Shown: positions 9,612 through 22,073 of the stretch, in pieces
Numbering within the stretch: the stretch's first letter is position 1
Layout: every line of letters begins with the position of its first letter
Assembly: GCA_963555825.3 (NCBI GenBank)
Contig: CAUVXB020000002.1
Location: forward strand, 608,001-672,000
Direction of reading: 5' to 3'
DNA: 64,000 nucleotides
Source: Alphaproteobacteria bacterium
GTDB taxonomy: Bacteria > Pseudomonadota > Alphaproteobacteria > JAAXGF01
The notes under the pieces: generated by a model
Seen by the model: only the letters and a program-made list of their open reading frames with translations
What the model was told of the DNA's origin: nothing
The model's database searches: none
Translations under genes and position numbers: made by a program

Positions 9612-11921
9612 TTACCGGCTCCCGGCAATGCCGCCGCCGCGCCGCGGCCCCGCGCCGATCCGCAAACCGCCCACCCGCGAGATGGCGCCGGCGGCAGCAC
9701 CTCCGACCCGCTCGCCGCCGTCCTCGCCCGTACTGCCTCTGCCGCCGATCCAGTCGAGGACGGCCGAGGGCAGCAGGTCGATGAGCTTGAACGAGGCGTT
9801 CATCAGCCCGTAGGCGATCATCACGTAGAGGGTGAGCATGGCGAGGAAGCCGATGGGACCGAGGCCGCCCGACGCGCCCGCGTCGCGCATCTGCGGCAGC
9901 CAGACCTCGTTGAACAGCCCGATCCCGGCCAGGAACACGAAATAGCCCGCAATCAGGCCGAACAGCATCAGCGGCGGGCGCAGGATCAGCCCGGGCAGGA
10001 ACAGCCAGCCCAGGCGGGTGGCCTGTGTCGCGAGCCGGTTGCCGTCGCCGCGCGTCACATGGGCGGCGGCGAACACGGTGACGGCCAGTACCGCCACGGC
10101 GACGGTCACGATCCAGCCGAGGATGGCAAACAGGAAACGGATGAAGGGCAGTGCCGGCAGCAGGTAGGCGAGCACCGCGCCGGCCATCAGCAGGAGCCCG
10201 AGCACGGTGGAGACGAAGCCGTCGGCGACCTGCCAGACGGATTCGAACATATCGAGGCCCTTGCCGACGAAGGGCACGGATTCGAGCAGCCCCGATCCTG
10301 CCGCCGCACCCATCAGCGCGGCCGTGGCGGCCAGCGCCGCGTTCATCAGGCCGTGTCCGAGGGAAGCCAGATCAGCAATGGGATTGCCGCTGTCGGCGAC
10401 GATCACGCTGTCGAGGTCGATGAACTCCATCACCCCCGCCGCCATGCCGCCACCGCCCGGCGCGGGCAACGCGGCGGCGCCACTGGCAGCGGCGGAAAAC
10501 AGCATGGGCTGGTAGCCGCGCGACTGGACCAGGGCAGTCGTCAGTCCCTTGACGGCGGCATCGGCGGCGGGCGCCCATTGCCCCAGGCTCGGCGGCGGCA
10601 GGCTGACGCCCGGAATGTTATGAGCGGCGGCCTGGAACAGGCCGGTGCGGTGGGCGATGGTGTTGAAGAAGCTCGCGGCCGACATCCAGCTTGCCGCCTT
10701 GGCATCCTCGGCCACCACACGGGCAAGCTCCGCGCGTTCCTCGGAAGCGGCGCGGGCAAGCGCCGTATCGAGCACGCCCGCATAACGCTCGGCCAGGCCC
10801 CGGCCCTCAAGCAGGGCATCGAGATCGGGCAAGGGCCGGCCGTAGACGGGCGATCCGGTCACATAATGGCCGGCGAGATCGGTGGCGACGGCGCGGATCT
10901 CCGGCAGCAGCCCGGCCAGCGCGTTACGGTGCCCCTCGGCGGCGATGCCGCGTGCGCCTTCCGCCGCGAGCCCGGCGAAGCGGATCGCGCCGCACAGATC
11001 GCCCGGCATGCTGCGCCCGGCGCCGTCGTAATGCAGGATCCTCGCCCCGATGCGCCGGACCCGGACGGTTCCAGGGCTTTTGTAGGCCTCGTCGGACTCT
11101 CGGAGTTCTATATAGGGTGCATCCCCTGCGCGGGCGGCGCTGCCGTTGGCCGCATACCGGCAGGTCTCCAGGATCAGGGTTCGGGCGATGGCGGCGCGCC
11201 AGACCGTTTCACGGGGCCGGGGCGCGATGGGCTCGCCTTCGCCGAGCGCCTCTTCCGAGAACGGCTCCCAGACGGCGTTGGCGAAATCCCCTCCGAGATG
11301 GGCGAGGCCCACGACAGCGTGCTGGGCGCCGTTCATGCCGCCCGGCAGCGGCGCCATCAGGGCAACGGCGGCAACGATGCGCACGATCTCCCAGGCGCCG
11401 AAGCCGAAGCGGCCCTCGCGGGCGGTATCGAGGGTGCCGGCCACCGTGTGCCAGACCAGCAGGAACCCCGCCAGCGCCAGCACACCGCCGTTGAAGACGA
11501 ACAGCATGCCGCCGAGCACGGAGCTGCGGCCCGCGCCGATATCGCCGAGAAAGGCCAGCACGTCCCGCGTAGCTTGGTCGGCATCGGCGAACAGGCCCCG
11601 GCCGATGGTCTGTGCCGCCGCCGGTTCCGCCAGCAGCAGCCCCGCGATACCCGTGGCTGCGAGCACCGTTCCCGCGAGCAGGATCAGAAGGCCGATACAG
11701 GAAAGGGCACGCTTCCTCTCCGATAACCGCAACCTGTTTGCTTTTGGTGTGTTGGCTACCGCGTCGTCTTTCCCCGTCTCATGCGTCACGTTCGGTGCAG
11801 AATTGGCCGGCACCGGGAGCCGAAACGGCCACATCCTCCGGACCAGCTCGGCCGAAGACCGCACCGCATCCGTGAGCGGGCGAGTCAATTCCGGGGCGAA
11901 CAGGAAGCGGAGCGCGCTCAT
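9612..11921 (-). CDS. dotA: DotA/TraY-family type IVB secretion membrane protein
   Basis: FNGGVL..TLDTAREGRFG..W..RIV N-terminal motif; LAYLLPALPFI.F and LILRPPLMLFGL C-terminal motifs; DLLPSAVLDWIGG. Confidence 0.88.
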   Translation of the reverse strand: MSALRFLFAPELTRPLTDAVRSSAELVRRMWPFRLPVPANSAPNVTHETGKDDAVANTPKANRLRLSERKRALSCIGLLILLAGTVLAATGIAGLLLAEPAAAQTIGRGLFADADQATRDVLAFLGDIGAGRSSVLGGMLFVFNGGVLALAGFLLVWHTVAGTLDTAREGRFGFGAWEIVRIVAAVALMAPLPGGMNGAQHAVVGLAHLGGDFANAVWEPFSEEALGEGEPIAPRPRETVWRAAIARTLILETCRYAANGSAARAGDAPYIELRESDEAYKSPGTVRVRRIGARILHYDGAGRSMPGDLCGAIRFAGLAAEGARGIAAEGHRNALAGLLPEIRAVATDLAGHYVTGSPVYGRPLPDLDALLEGRGLAERYAGVLDTALARAASEERAELARVVAEDAKAASWMSAASFFNTIAHRTGLFQAAAHNIPGVSLPPPSLGQWAPAADAAVKGLTTALVQSRGYQPMLFSAAASGAAALPAPGGGGMAAGVMEFIDLDSVIVADSGNPIADLASLGHGLMNAALAATAALMGAAAGSGLLESVPFVGKGLDMFESVWQVADGFVSTVLGLLLMAGAVLAYLLPALPFIRFLFAILGWIVTVAVAVLAVTVFAAAHVTRGDGNRLATQATRLGWLFLPGLILRPPLMLFGLIAGYFVFLAGIGLFNEVWLPQMRDAGASGGLGPIGFLAMLTLYVMIAYGLMNASFKLIDLLPSAVLDWIGGRGSTGEDGGERVGGAAAGAISRVGGLRIGAGPRRGGGIAGSR

Positions 11922-11926
11922 GGCGG

Positions 11927-13078
11927 TCAGTTCGCTCCGGCGGCCGGGTTGGCGAGGCCGGGCAGAAGGCGCATGCCTTCGGCAGCCAACGCCAGCCCAG
12001 TGGCGCCGATGGCGCCACGCCGTTCATCGAGCCGGTAGCGGCGCCAGTCGAGCATCAGCGAGACCGCTTGCAGGGTGACCAGCTCGCGCAGCAGGTTCTC
12101 CTGGCTCATCGCTTGCAGACCGACGAACCAGCCGGGGTTCTCGAACCGGCGGCTGGCGAGCAGCTCCAGAAGCTCATAGCGGCTGACCGGGGTTGCCGCA
12201 TTGCGTCCCGGCGCGGCCAGAGCGGCCCAGGCTCCGAGCGCGGCGCCCGGTGCGCGCAATGCGCGGGCATGGGCGAAGTAGTCGCCGGCCAGCGCGGCGC
12301 GGGCGTCGGCGGAGCGGGCGAGCAGGATGCGGCGGCGCTCCTGATCGGTCTCGGCGGAGGCCAGCGCCGGCGGGTCGTGCACCACGGGGACGGCGAGATT
12401 GCGCGACAGCTCGACCGCCGTGCGCAGTTCCGCTTCGTTCGCGAAGGTGCGCCGGTCGAACAGGTTTCCGGCTTTGAGATCGGCGGCGTGGAGCGCATCC
12501 CCGCCCCGGCAGAGCGCGGCATCCTCCCCGGCCCGCGCGCCGTTGCAATAGGTGCTCGTCAGGCTCTCGAAGCGGGCCGCGTTGCCGGCGGCGGCGCCGG
12601 CATCGGGAACGGCGGCGCGGTCGCCCGCGATACGCCCCGTCTCAGCGTCCGCGGCTCGCCCATAGGCGCTTTCGGCCGCTTGCCGTGCCGCGGCAAGCCC
12701 AGCCAGGCCGGTGATGGCGGCGCAGCCGCTGTCCGTCGGCCGGCGGGCGCGCATGGCCCTGGTTTCCTCGACCTCGCGGGCGATCTGCGCCTGAAGCTTG
12801 GTCTGGGCGTCGAGCGCGCCGGTCACCGCCTTGGCGCTTTGCGCCGCATAACCCGAGAGCTGGCCCGTTTGCAGGCGCAGCGCCTCGACGATCGTGGCTT
12901 CCATGACGTCGATTTCACGGGTGAGACCGGCGAGCACGCGGCTCGCCTCGGCCCGGTCGTTGTCGGTCGGATCGCACGGCGAATGGGCGTGCGCGGGCGG
13001 AACCGCCAACCTTGCGGTCAGCGCCGTGGCAAGGATCACGGCATGGAAGACCGTGCGGCAACGAACGGGGGTACTCAT
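11927..13078 (-). CDS. IcmX/TraW-like exported type IVB protein
   Basis: Signal peptide; C-terminal SRRF.NP.W...L......LLREL....A......W......ER pattern; sits upstream of dotA/traY as icmX/traW do. Confidence 0.6.
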   Translation of the reverse strand: MSTPVRCRTVFHAVILATALTARLAVPPAHAHSPCDPTDNDRAEASRVLAGLTREIDVMEATIVEALRLQTGQLSGYAAQSAKAVTGALDAQTKLQAQIAREVEETRAMRARRPTDSGCAAITGLAGLAAARQAAESAYGRAADAETGRIAGDRAAVPDAGAAAGNAARFESLTSTYCNGARAGEDAALCRGGDALHAADLKAGNLFDRRTFANEAELRTAVELSRNLAVPVVHDPPALASAETDQERRRILLARSADARAALAGDYFAHARALRAPGAALGAWAALAAPGRNAATPVSRYELLELLASRRFENPGWFVGLQAMSQENLLRELVTLQAVSLMLDWRRYRLDERRGAIGATGLALAAEGMRLLPGLANPAAGAN

Positions 13079-13614
13079 TGCCCACCTCCCAGGATGCTGC
13101 GGAAGCGTTCGGCGTTGACCCCACTGTCTTGCAGGATGTTGCCGTTCCGGGCGTCGGTATCGAGCCCCGGCAGGCGGTGCAGACCCGGCAACCGGGGCAG
13201 CCGTGACGTATAGACCGAGGCGTCCAGCGTGCGCCCGACATAGCCGCGGTAGGTGTTCCGCGCGATCTCACAGACCCGGCGCTGCGCGAGACCGAGGATT
13301 TCCTCGAGCGCGCGGCCGGGATCGAACAGCACGTCGAAGGCCCGGTAGTTGAAGAGGTCCTCCAGGCAGGAGAAGTCGAGGATCGAGTCCGGATCGCGAA
13401 TACCCTGATCGGGATTGCGGATAACGGCGAGATCCTGCTCGACGCCCCGCGCGGCGCTCGCCGCCAGCGCCTCGCGGATCCCGGGATCGCAGCCCGCTTC
13501 AAGTGCGGCGGGCGGCGGCGCCTGGGCCAGGGCCGGCGAGACTCCGGGAACGGAGGCGAGCACCGGCGCCAGAAGCGCCAGTGCCGCGAGCGCGAGACCC
13601 GCGCGCCCGTTCAT
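13075..13614 (-). CDS. Exported Cys-containing conjugation-associated hypothetical protein
   Basis: ATG overlaps the ssb stop (TGATG); signal peptide MNGRAGLALAALALLAP..ALA; three Cys; overlaps the start of the next gene. Confidence 0.65.
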   Translation of the reverse strand: MNGRAGLALAALALLAPVLASVPGVSPALAQAPPPAALEAGCDPGIREALAASAARGVEQDLAVIRNPDQGIRDPDSILDFSCLEDLFNYRAFDVLFDPGRALEEILGLAQRRVCEIARNTYRGYVGRTLDASVYTSRLPRLPGLHRLPGLDTDARNGNILQDSGVNAERFRSILGGGQ

Positions 13615-14102
13615 CACTGCCCCCCGAGCCCTAAAGCGCCGTCCGGTACCACGCCATTGGCCTCCCCGGCTGGTGCGGGCGTGCCGGTGGTCTCGCCGGG
13701 ATCCTCGTTTTCCACCACCTCGCCCACGTCTTCCACGTCTTCCACGCGGCCGTCGTCCTGGCGCGGGGACAGCACGTTGACGCGGCCTTGCGGTCCCGCG
13801 ACGACGATTTCCGTAACCCGGCGGCTTTCGCCCTTCTTGTCCTGATATTCGTGGCTGGTAATGCGCCCTTCGATCAGCAGCGCGGCACCCTTGCGGATCA
13901 ACTTTTCGACTGCCGCGACGGCGGCGCCGAACACAACGATCCGGTGCCACTGGGTGGCCTCACCCGTCCCGCCGTCCTGGCGCCGCCATTTATCCGTGGT
14001 GGCCAGACTGAATGTGGCGGTTTTGTCGCCGCTCTTCATCGTGCGGATCTGGGGGTCGCGCCCCGCGTGGCCCAGCAACATCACCCGGTTCATGTTCAAC
14101 AT
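13614..14102 (-). CDS. ssb: Single-stranded DNA-binding protein
   Basis: NRVMLLGHAGRDP, FSLATTDKW, TQWHRIVVF, IEGRI, acidic tail. Confidence 0.95.
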   Translation of the reverse strand: MLNMNRVMLLGHAGRDPQIRTMKSGDKTATFSLATTDKWRRQDGGTGEATQWHRIVVFGAAVAAVEKLIRKGAALLIEGRITSHEYQDKKGESRRVTEIVVAGPQGRVNVLSPRQDDGRVEDVEDVGEVVENEDPGETTGTPAPAGEANGVVPDGALGLGGQ

Positions 14103-14105
14103 CGT

Positions 14106-14667
14106 TTATTCCTCCGTTTCGGTTGATTGGCTGGCCGGTACGGACCGGCCGGTGGAAACCGCCGCGGCCGGATCATCACCGGCCGGCTTGAAGGCGGATT
14201 CGGTGGTTTCGGCTGCCAGCGCGAGCTCCGCCGCGAGGCGGTCGAGCACGTCTTCCTCGGTGGCGCCGGCACGGATGCCCGCCGCCGCAAGGCGGCCAAG
14301 CTCGGCGCCGATGCGGGCACGCGCGGTCCCCGTGGGGAAGGCCCGGGCCAGCACGGCCCGCGCTTTGGCCGGGGCCAGCCGCGCCTGAAGACGCGACCGC
14401 AGCGCCACGTCGGCGGGGCTGGTGGTCAGCGCCCAAAGTTCGGCCGGTCCCGGCGTATTGACGACCAGTTGCTCAAAGCGCCCGCGCGCATCGCTGGCGA
14501 TAAGAAGTACCGGCGCGCCGTCCCTGCCGGGTCCCGGCAGGCGGTAGCGGATGGCGTCCTGGAGGGTCTCGCTCAGTGCGAATATCCCGGACAGCGCCTC
14601 GATCTCACGGGCCTTGCCGCCCGCGCCGAGGATCCAGTAGCGGTTGGCAAGCTCGGTCAGCGCGCCG
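14106..14667 (-). pseudogene. traU: 3' remnant of IcmB/DotO/TraU (VirB4-like ATPase), truncated by an IS
   Basis: GPAELWALTTSPADVALRSRL....A..ARAVLARAFPTGTA matches the IcmB/TraU C-terminus; the 5' part is replaced by the IS end at 14668. Confidence 0.75.
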
Positions 14668-14754
14668 TGTCTGACGTCAGCGCCTTTGGGACGAATTGAG
14701 GTAATTGCATAACGGAGGATTTCTGGCTCATCGTAGTGACCGAAGGGAACGAAG

Positions 14755-15129
14755 ATGAGACAGAAATCAATGAGCAAGAACGACCCGGCGGAGAGAACGG
14801 TTCGGGATATTCGGCGCAAGACACGCAAGCAGTATACGGCTGAGGAGAAGATCCGGATCGTGGTGTCGGGCCTGCGCGGCGAGGAGAGCATCGCCGCCTT
14901 GTGCCGCCGCGAGGGCATCGCCGAGGGTCTGTATTACAGCTGGTCGAAAGAGTTTTTGGAAGCGGGCAAGAAGCGGCTCGCCGGCGACACCGGGCGCCAA
15001 GCGACCTCGGGCGAGGTTAAAGGCCTGCGCCAGGAGATGCGCGACTTGAAGGAGTTGGTCGCCGAACTTTCGCTGGAGAACCGTCTTCTCAAAAAAAACA
15101 TGATCGGGCATGGGGGAGGCGAGGAATGA
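14755..15129 (+). CDS. Transposase OrfA (HTH)
   Basis: YTAEEKIRIV..GLRGEESIAALCRREGI; A8 slippery run at 15091-15098. Confidence 0.88.
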   Translation: MRQKSMSKNDPAERTVRDIRRKTRKQYTAEEKIRIVVSGLRGEESIAALCRREGIAEGLYYSWSKEFLEAGKKRLAGDTGRQATSGEVKGLRQEMRDLKELVAELSLENRLLKKNMIGHGGGEE

Positions 15130-16058
15130 GGTATCCCGCATCCGAGAAGCTGGAGATCATCCGCCTGGTCGAGCAGTCCCACCTGGGCGTCGGGTCCACT
15201 TTGGACAAGCTGGGCATTCCGAAGACCACCTTTTATCGCTGGTACGATCGCTTTCTGGCCTTTGGCGACGCCGGTCTTGAGGATCGCAACAGCAGCCCGG
15301 GCCGGGTGTGGAACCGGATCCCGGATGATGTCCGGGGGCAGATCATCGATCTTGCCCTGGAGGAGACGCAACTGTCGCCCCGGGAACTGGCCGTCAGGTT
15401 TACGGACACCAGGGGCTACTTTGTCTCGGAAGCCTCGGTTTACCGGCTTCTCAAGGCCCACGGCCTGATCACCAGCCCCGCTTTCGTGGTCATCAAGGCA
15501 GCCGATGAGTTCCGCGACAAGACCACGGCGCCGAACCAGCTGTGGCAGACCGACTTCACCTATCTCAAGGTCATCGGCTGGGGCTGGTTTTACCTGTCGA
15601 CCATCCTGGACGACTATTCCCGCTACATAATTGCTTGGAAGCTCTGCACCAACATGACGGCGGACGATGTGACGGCAACACTGAAGTTGGCGCTAGAAGC
15701 CTCAGGCTGCAATCGCGCCAATGTCGTCCACAAGCCGAGGCTGCTCAGCGACAACGGCTCGTCCTATATCTCCGGCGATCTGGCTGAATGGCTCGAGGAC
15801 CACGGTATGGATCACGTTCGGGGCGCACCGTATCACCCGCAAACCCAGGGCAAGATCGAGCGCTGGCATCAAACGCTGAAGAACCGGATCCTGCTTGAAA
15901 ATTATTATCTGCCCGTCGGCATCGCTGTCTTCATCGCCTTCGTCGATCACTACAACAACCAACGCTACCACGAGAGCATAGGCAACGTAACTCCAGCCGA
16001 CGCCTACTTTGGACGCCACACCGCCATCATCGAAAAGAGAAAAAAGATCAAAAACTGA
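15126..16058 (+). CDS. Transposase OrfB (rve integrase core)
   Basis: WQTDFTY, LSDNGS, PQTQGKIERWH (DDE triad). Confidence 0.88.
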   Translation: MRYPASEKLEIIRLVEQSHLGVGSTLDKLGIPKTTFYRWYDRFLAFGDAGLEDRNSSPGRVWNRIPDDVRGQIIDLALEETQLSPRELAVRFTDTRGYFVSEASVYRLLKAHGLITSPAFVVIKAADEFRDKTTAPNQLWQTDFTYLKVIGWGWFYLSTILDDYSRYIIAWKLCTNMTADDVTATLKLALEASGCNRANVVHKPRLLSDNGSSYISGDLAEWLEDHGMDHVRGAPYHPQTQGKIERWHQTLKNRILLENYYLPVGIAVFIAFVDHYNNQRYHESIGNVTPADAYFGRHTAIIEKRKKIKN

Positions 16059-16176
16059 CCACCCAAAACCGCCGCTTGAACCATCAACGCCAAGCGGCTT
16101 AACATCAAACAAAGATGAGCCATATCCTCCCTTATGAAACACGCTCAACAGTCCCATTTGTTTTGATGACGGACAC

Positions 16177-16407
16177 GAGCGCGGCGCACGGGACCGCTAT
16201 TTTGTCGATATCTATGAGGATATGGCATACGTCACGATCTCCTACGATCCACCGAGACCCTGGCCGTTCCGTTGGGAGCGCAACCGGATGCGCGGCGAGA
16301 TCCGGCTCGACCTTGTCGCGTTCCGACACGCAGTCAGTCATGGTCAGTCCGTGCTCGAAAGACGACTACCGAAGGGAGAAATGCTATTGACCGAGAACGG
16401 CGGCTAA
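16177..16407 (+). pseudogene. 3' fragment of an unidentified gene truncated by the IS
   Basis: Frame is open from the IS end to a stop (ERGARDRYFVDIYEDMAYVTISYDPPRPW...). Confidence 0.3.
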
Positions 16408-16513
16408 GGCGTGCCGCAAGAGATCGTGCTGCCGACTTCGACAATTTAGTTTCTGGGTGGCAACATCGCTTGCCCAAATAAATCAGGCACGTATATGCGT
16501 TTCCTTTACGGTG

Positions 16514-18272
<1,759 letters not shown>

Positions 18273-18633
18273 TCAACCGACAGTCTTCAGATGCCCGTTC
18301 GGACGACTCCCACAGCACTCTCTCGTCAGGTCCATGAACAGCTGGATTGCATTCGCCACCAACTGGCTTCTTTGCTGATGCCCAACGCCCTTCTCCCGGA
18401 ACGTATGACCACGGATGAGTGCCTCGGCGAAGTGATGGAGTCCTTCCCCAGCAGGCTGATGACGCATGCCGGCTTCCCATGGCCACACAGAGAGTATACG
18501 TTGACCACCGTTCGGGACGTTATCTGACGAATATCCACTCAAGTTCATTCGTGGCGTCGGCCCCCTGGGATGTCGAAAAAGACGGTTGCGTACTTTCCAA
18601 GGCTGATAGCGCGCTTTTTCAAGAGGCAATCAG

Positions 18634-18990
18634 ATGCAGGTAAACCAGGAGAAAATTAAGCTAGCTCTGGGGGGTGCTGTTGGTGGTGGAATTGTATTGG
18701 CCATCATCGGATTCAGTTGGGCTGGATGGGTTACAGCGGGTACTGCTCAGGAAATGGCGAGGCAAATGGCTGATGACGCCGTCGTCGCCCGATTGGCGCC
18801 GATTTGTGTCGAGCAGTTTAACCAAGTATCGGAGAAAGATGAGAAGCTCAAAATGTTGAACGAAACAGATTCCTGGCAGAGAGGTGACTTTGTAGTAAAA
18901 CAGGGTTGGGCCACAATGCCTGGCGAAAAGGAAGCCGACAGCGCGGTTGCTGTAAAATGTGCGGTATTGCTTGCGGAACTCGGTCAGTAG
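18634..18990 (+). CDS. Hypothetical membrane-anchored protein (GF.W.GWVT..TA and GWATMPG motifs, Cys pair)
   Basis: Clean ORF with N-terminal TM helix; lower GC than its flanks. Confidence 0.75.
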   Translation: MQVNQEKIKLALGGAVGGGIVLAIIGFSWAGWVTAGTAQEMARQMADDAVVARLAPICVEQFNQVSEKDEKLKMLNETDSWQRGDFVVKQGWATMPGEKEADSAVAVKCAVLLAELGQ

Positions 18991-19127
18991 ACATCCTCTG
19001 TCCTTCGCTTCCGCGGACCTGTATCAATCGGCATTCGGCAGTGCTAGCAGCCTGTCGGACTTGAGCCGGGAGTCGAAATAGGATTCGATGGTATCAGTTG
19101 ATTTGCCCGCGCGTGATGGAGGCCGTC

Positions 19128-20486
19128 ATGAGCAATTTCCGACCGGTCGACCGGGAGACGGGGTTTCTGCTGCCGCCGTCGGTGGAGGAATGGCTTCCCG
19201 AGCGGCATCTGGCGCGCTTCGTGGTCGAGGTGATCGAGCAGTTGGACCTCTCGGCGTTCGTGAAGGCCTATCGCGGCTCGGGCTCGGCGTCCTATCACCC
19301 GAGCATGCTGCTGGGGCTTCTGGTCTACGGCTATGCCACGGGGGTGTTTTCGAGCCGCAAGTTGGAGCGCGCGACCTATGATTCTGTCGCTTTCCGCTTC
19401 ATCGCGGCCAACGATCATCCCGACCACGATACCATCGCCGCGTTCCGGCGGCGTTTTCTCGACCGGATCGAAGGGCTGTTCGTCGAGGTGCTGCTGCTGG
19501 CCCGGGAAGCCGGGGTGCTGAAGCTCGGCACGGTGGCGCTGGACGGCACCAAGGTGCACGCCAACGCGAGCCGGCACAGCGCGCTGTCGTGGAAACACGC
19601 CTGCGAGCTCGAAGCCCGGTTGAAGGCCGAGGTGGCGGAGTTGATGGCGTTGGCGGAGGCGGCCGATGGGGCGGATGTGCCCGACGGGATGTCGGTGCCC
19701 GAGGAACTGGCCCGGCGCGAGGATCGTCTGGCCCGCATCGCCGAGGCCAAGGCGGTGATCGAGGCGCGGGCGCGCGAACGCCTTGAGCGGGAACGGGCCG
19801 AGTACGAGGCGAAGCTCGAGGCGCGCGCGGAGAAGGCCGAGAAGACGGGCCGCAAGCCGGGCGGCCGTCCACCCGAGCCGCCGGTGGCCGGGCCCGGGCC
19901 GAAGGACCAGGTCAATCTGACCGACGCGGACTCGCGCATCATGCCGGTGGCCGGCGGCGGCTTCGAACAGGCCTACAACGCCCAAGCCCTGGTGGCGGCC
20001 GACAGCCTGCTGGTGGTCACCAACGACGTGGTCCAGGCCCCCAACGACAAGCGACAAATCGAGCCGGCGCTGGAAGCGCTCGCCCGCCTTCCCGAGGCGC
20101 TGGGCGCGCCCGAGACCCTGCTGGCGGACAGCGGCTACTTCAGCGAGGCCAACGTGAACGCCTGCGCCGAGGCCGAGATCGCGCCGTTGATCACGCCCGG
20201 CCGGGAACGCCATCATCTCTCCTGGAAGGACCGCTTCGCCGGCGCGCCGCCGCCCCCGGAGAACCCGACGCCGCTGGAAGCGATGACACATCGACTGGCG
20301 ACGCCCGAGGGCCGGCAACTCTACGCCCTGCGCAAGCAAACGCCGGAACCGGTGTTCGGCATCATCAAATCGGCCATGGGCTTCCGCCAGTTCTCGCTAC
20401 GCGGCCTGGACAAGGTCACGGGCGAATGGAACCTGGTGACCCTGGCCTGGAACATAAAGAGAATGTTCACCTTGCAATACGCTTGA
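19128..20486 (+). CDS. IS1182-family transposase
   Basis: LLPPSVEEWLP..HLARF, SSRKLE, PDHDTIAAFRR, ALDGTKVHANAS, LLADSGY, YALRKQTPEPVFG. Confidence 0.93.
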   Translation: MSNFRPVDRETGFLLPPSVEEWLPERHLARFVVEVIEQLDLSAFVKAYRGSGSASYHPSMLLGLLVYGYATGVFSSRKLERATYDSVAFRFIAANDHPDHDTIAAFRRRFLDRIEGLFVEVLLLAREAGVLKLGTVALDGTKVHANASRHSALSWKHACELEARLKAEVAELMALAEAADGADVPDGMSVPEELARREDRLARIAEAKAVIEARARERLERERAEYEAKLEARAEKAEKTGRKPGGRPPEPPVAGPGPKDQVNLTDADSRIMPVAGGGFEQAYNAQALVAADSLLVVTNDVVQAPNDKRQIEPALEALARLPEALGAPETLLADSGYFSEANVNACAEAEIAPLITPGRERHHLSWKDRFAGAPPPPENPTPLEAMTHRLATPEGRQLYALRKQTPEPVFGIIKSAMGFRQFSLRGLDKVTGEWNLVTLAWNIKRMFTLQYA

Positions 20487-20652
20487 GCAGGCGGCCGGAC
20501 TCCGTACCTCGCGAAAAGGAATAAGAGTATGCTCGCCTTGCGGCACGCGCGAGCAAGCGAACGTACTTCGTGCCCTCACGAGAGGGCATAAGAGTATACT
20601 CACCCTGCGGTACGCGCGGCCAAGCGACCGCACTCCGTGTCCTCACGAAAGG
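20453..20652 (+). repeat. Three degenerate tandem units of about 67 bp in the IS1182 3' region
   Basis: Units start at 20453, 20520 and 20587; consensus about ATAAGAGTATGCTCACCTTGCGGTACGCGCGAGCAAGCGACCG.ACTCCGTG.CCTCACGAAAGG. Confidence 0.85.
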
Positions 20653-20725
20653 CGCTCGATCCCATGACCTCTCCACATCGCGATCCGTCCACACCCATTC
20701 TCGCGGACCTCAGTCCGACAGGCTG

Positions 20726-22066
<1,341 letters not shown>

Positions 22067-22073
22067 TGCCTTA

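Larger units (their letters stand above)
14668..16175 (+). mobile_element. Two-ORF IS3/IS481-type element with TGT...ACA ends
   Basis: Imperfect IRs TGTCTGACGTCAGCGCCTTTGGGAC / TGTCCGTCATCAAAACAAATGGGAC; no matching target duplication. Confidence 0.85.
19048..20725 (+). mobile_element. IS1182-family element
   Basis: IRs CAGCCTGTCGGACT / AGTCCGACAGGCTG, flanked by CTAG on both sides (19044-19047, 20726-20729). Confidence 0.9.

Noticed and set aside
9576-11726. 716-aa plus-strand ORF
   Set aside because: Antisense shadow of dotA/traY in GC-rich DNA.
14106-14918. 270-aa ORF as an intact gene
   Set aside because: Its N-terminal part is IS antisense; only 14106-14667 is the traU/icmB remnant.
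20453-20652. CRISPR array
   Set aside because: The units are homologous along their whole length, there are no unique spacers, and no cas genes are present.
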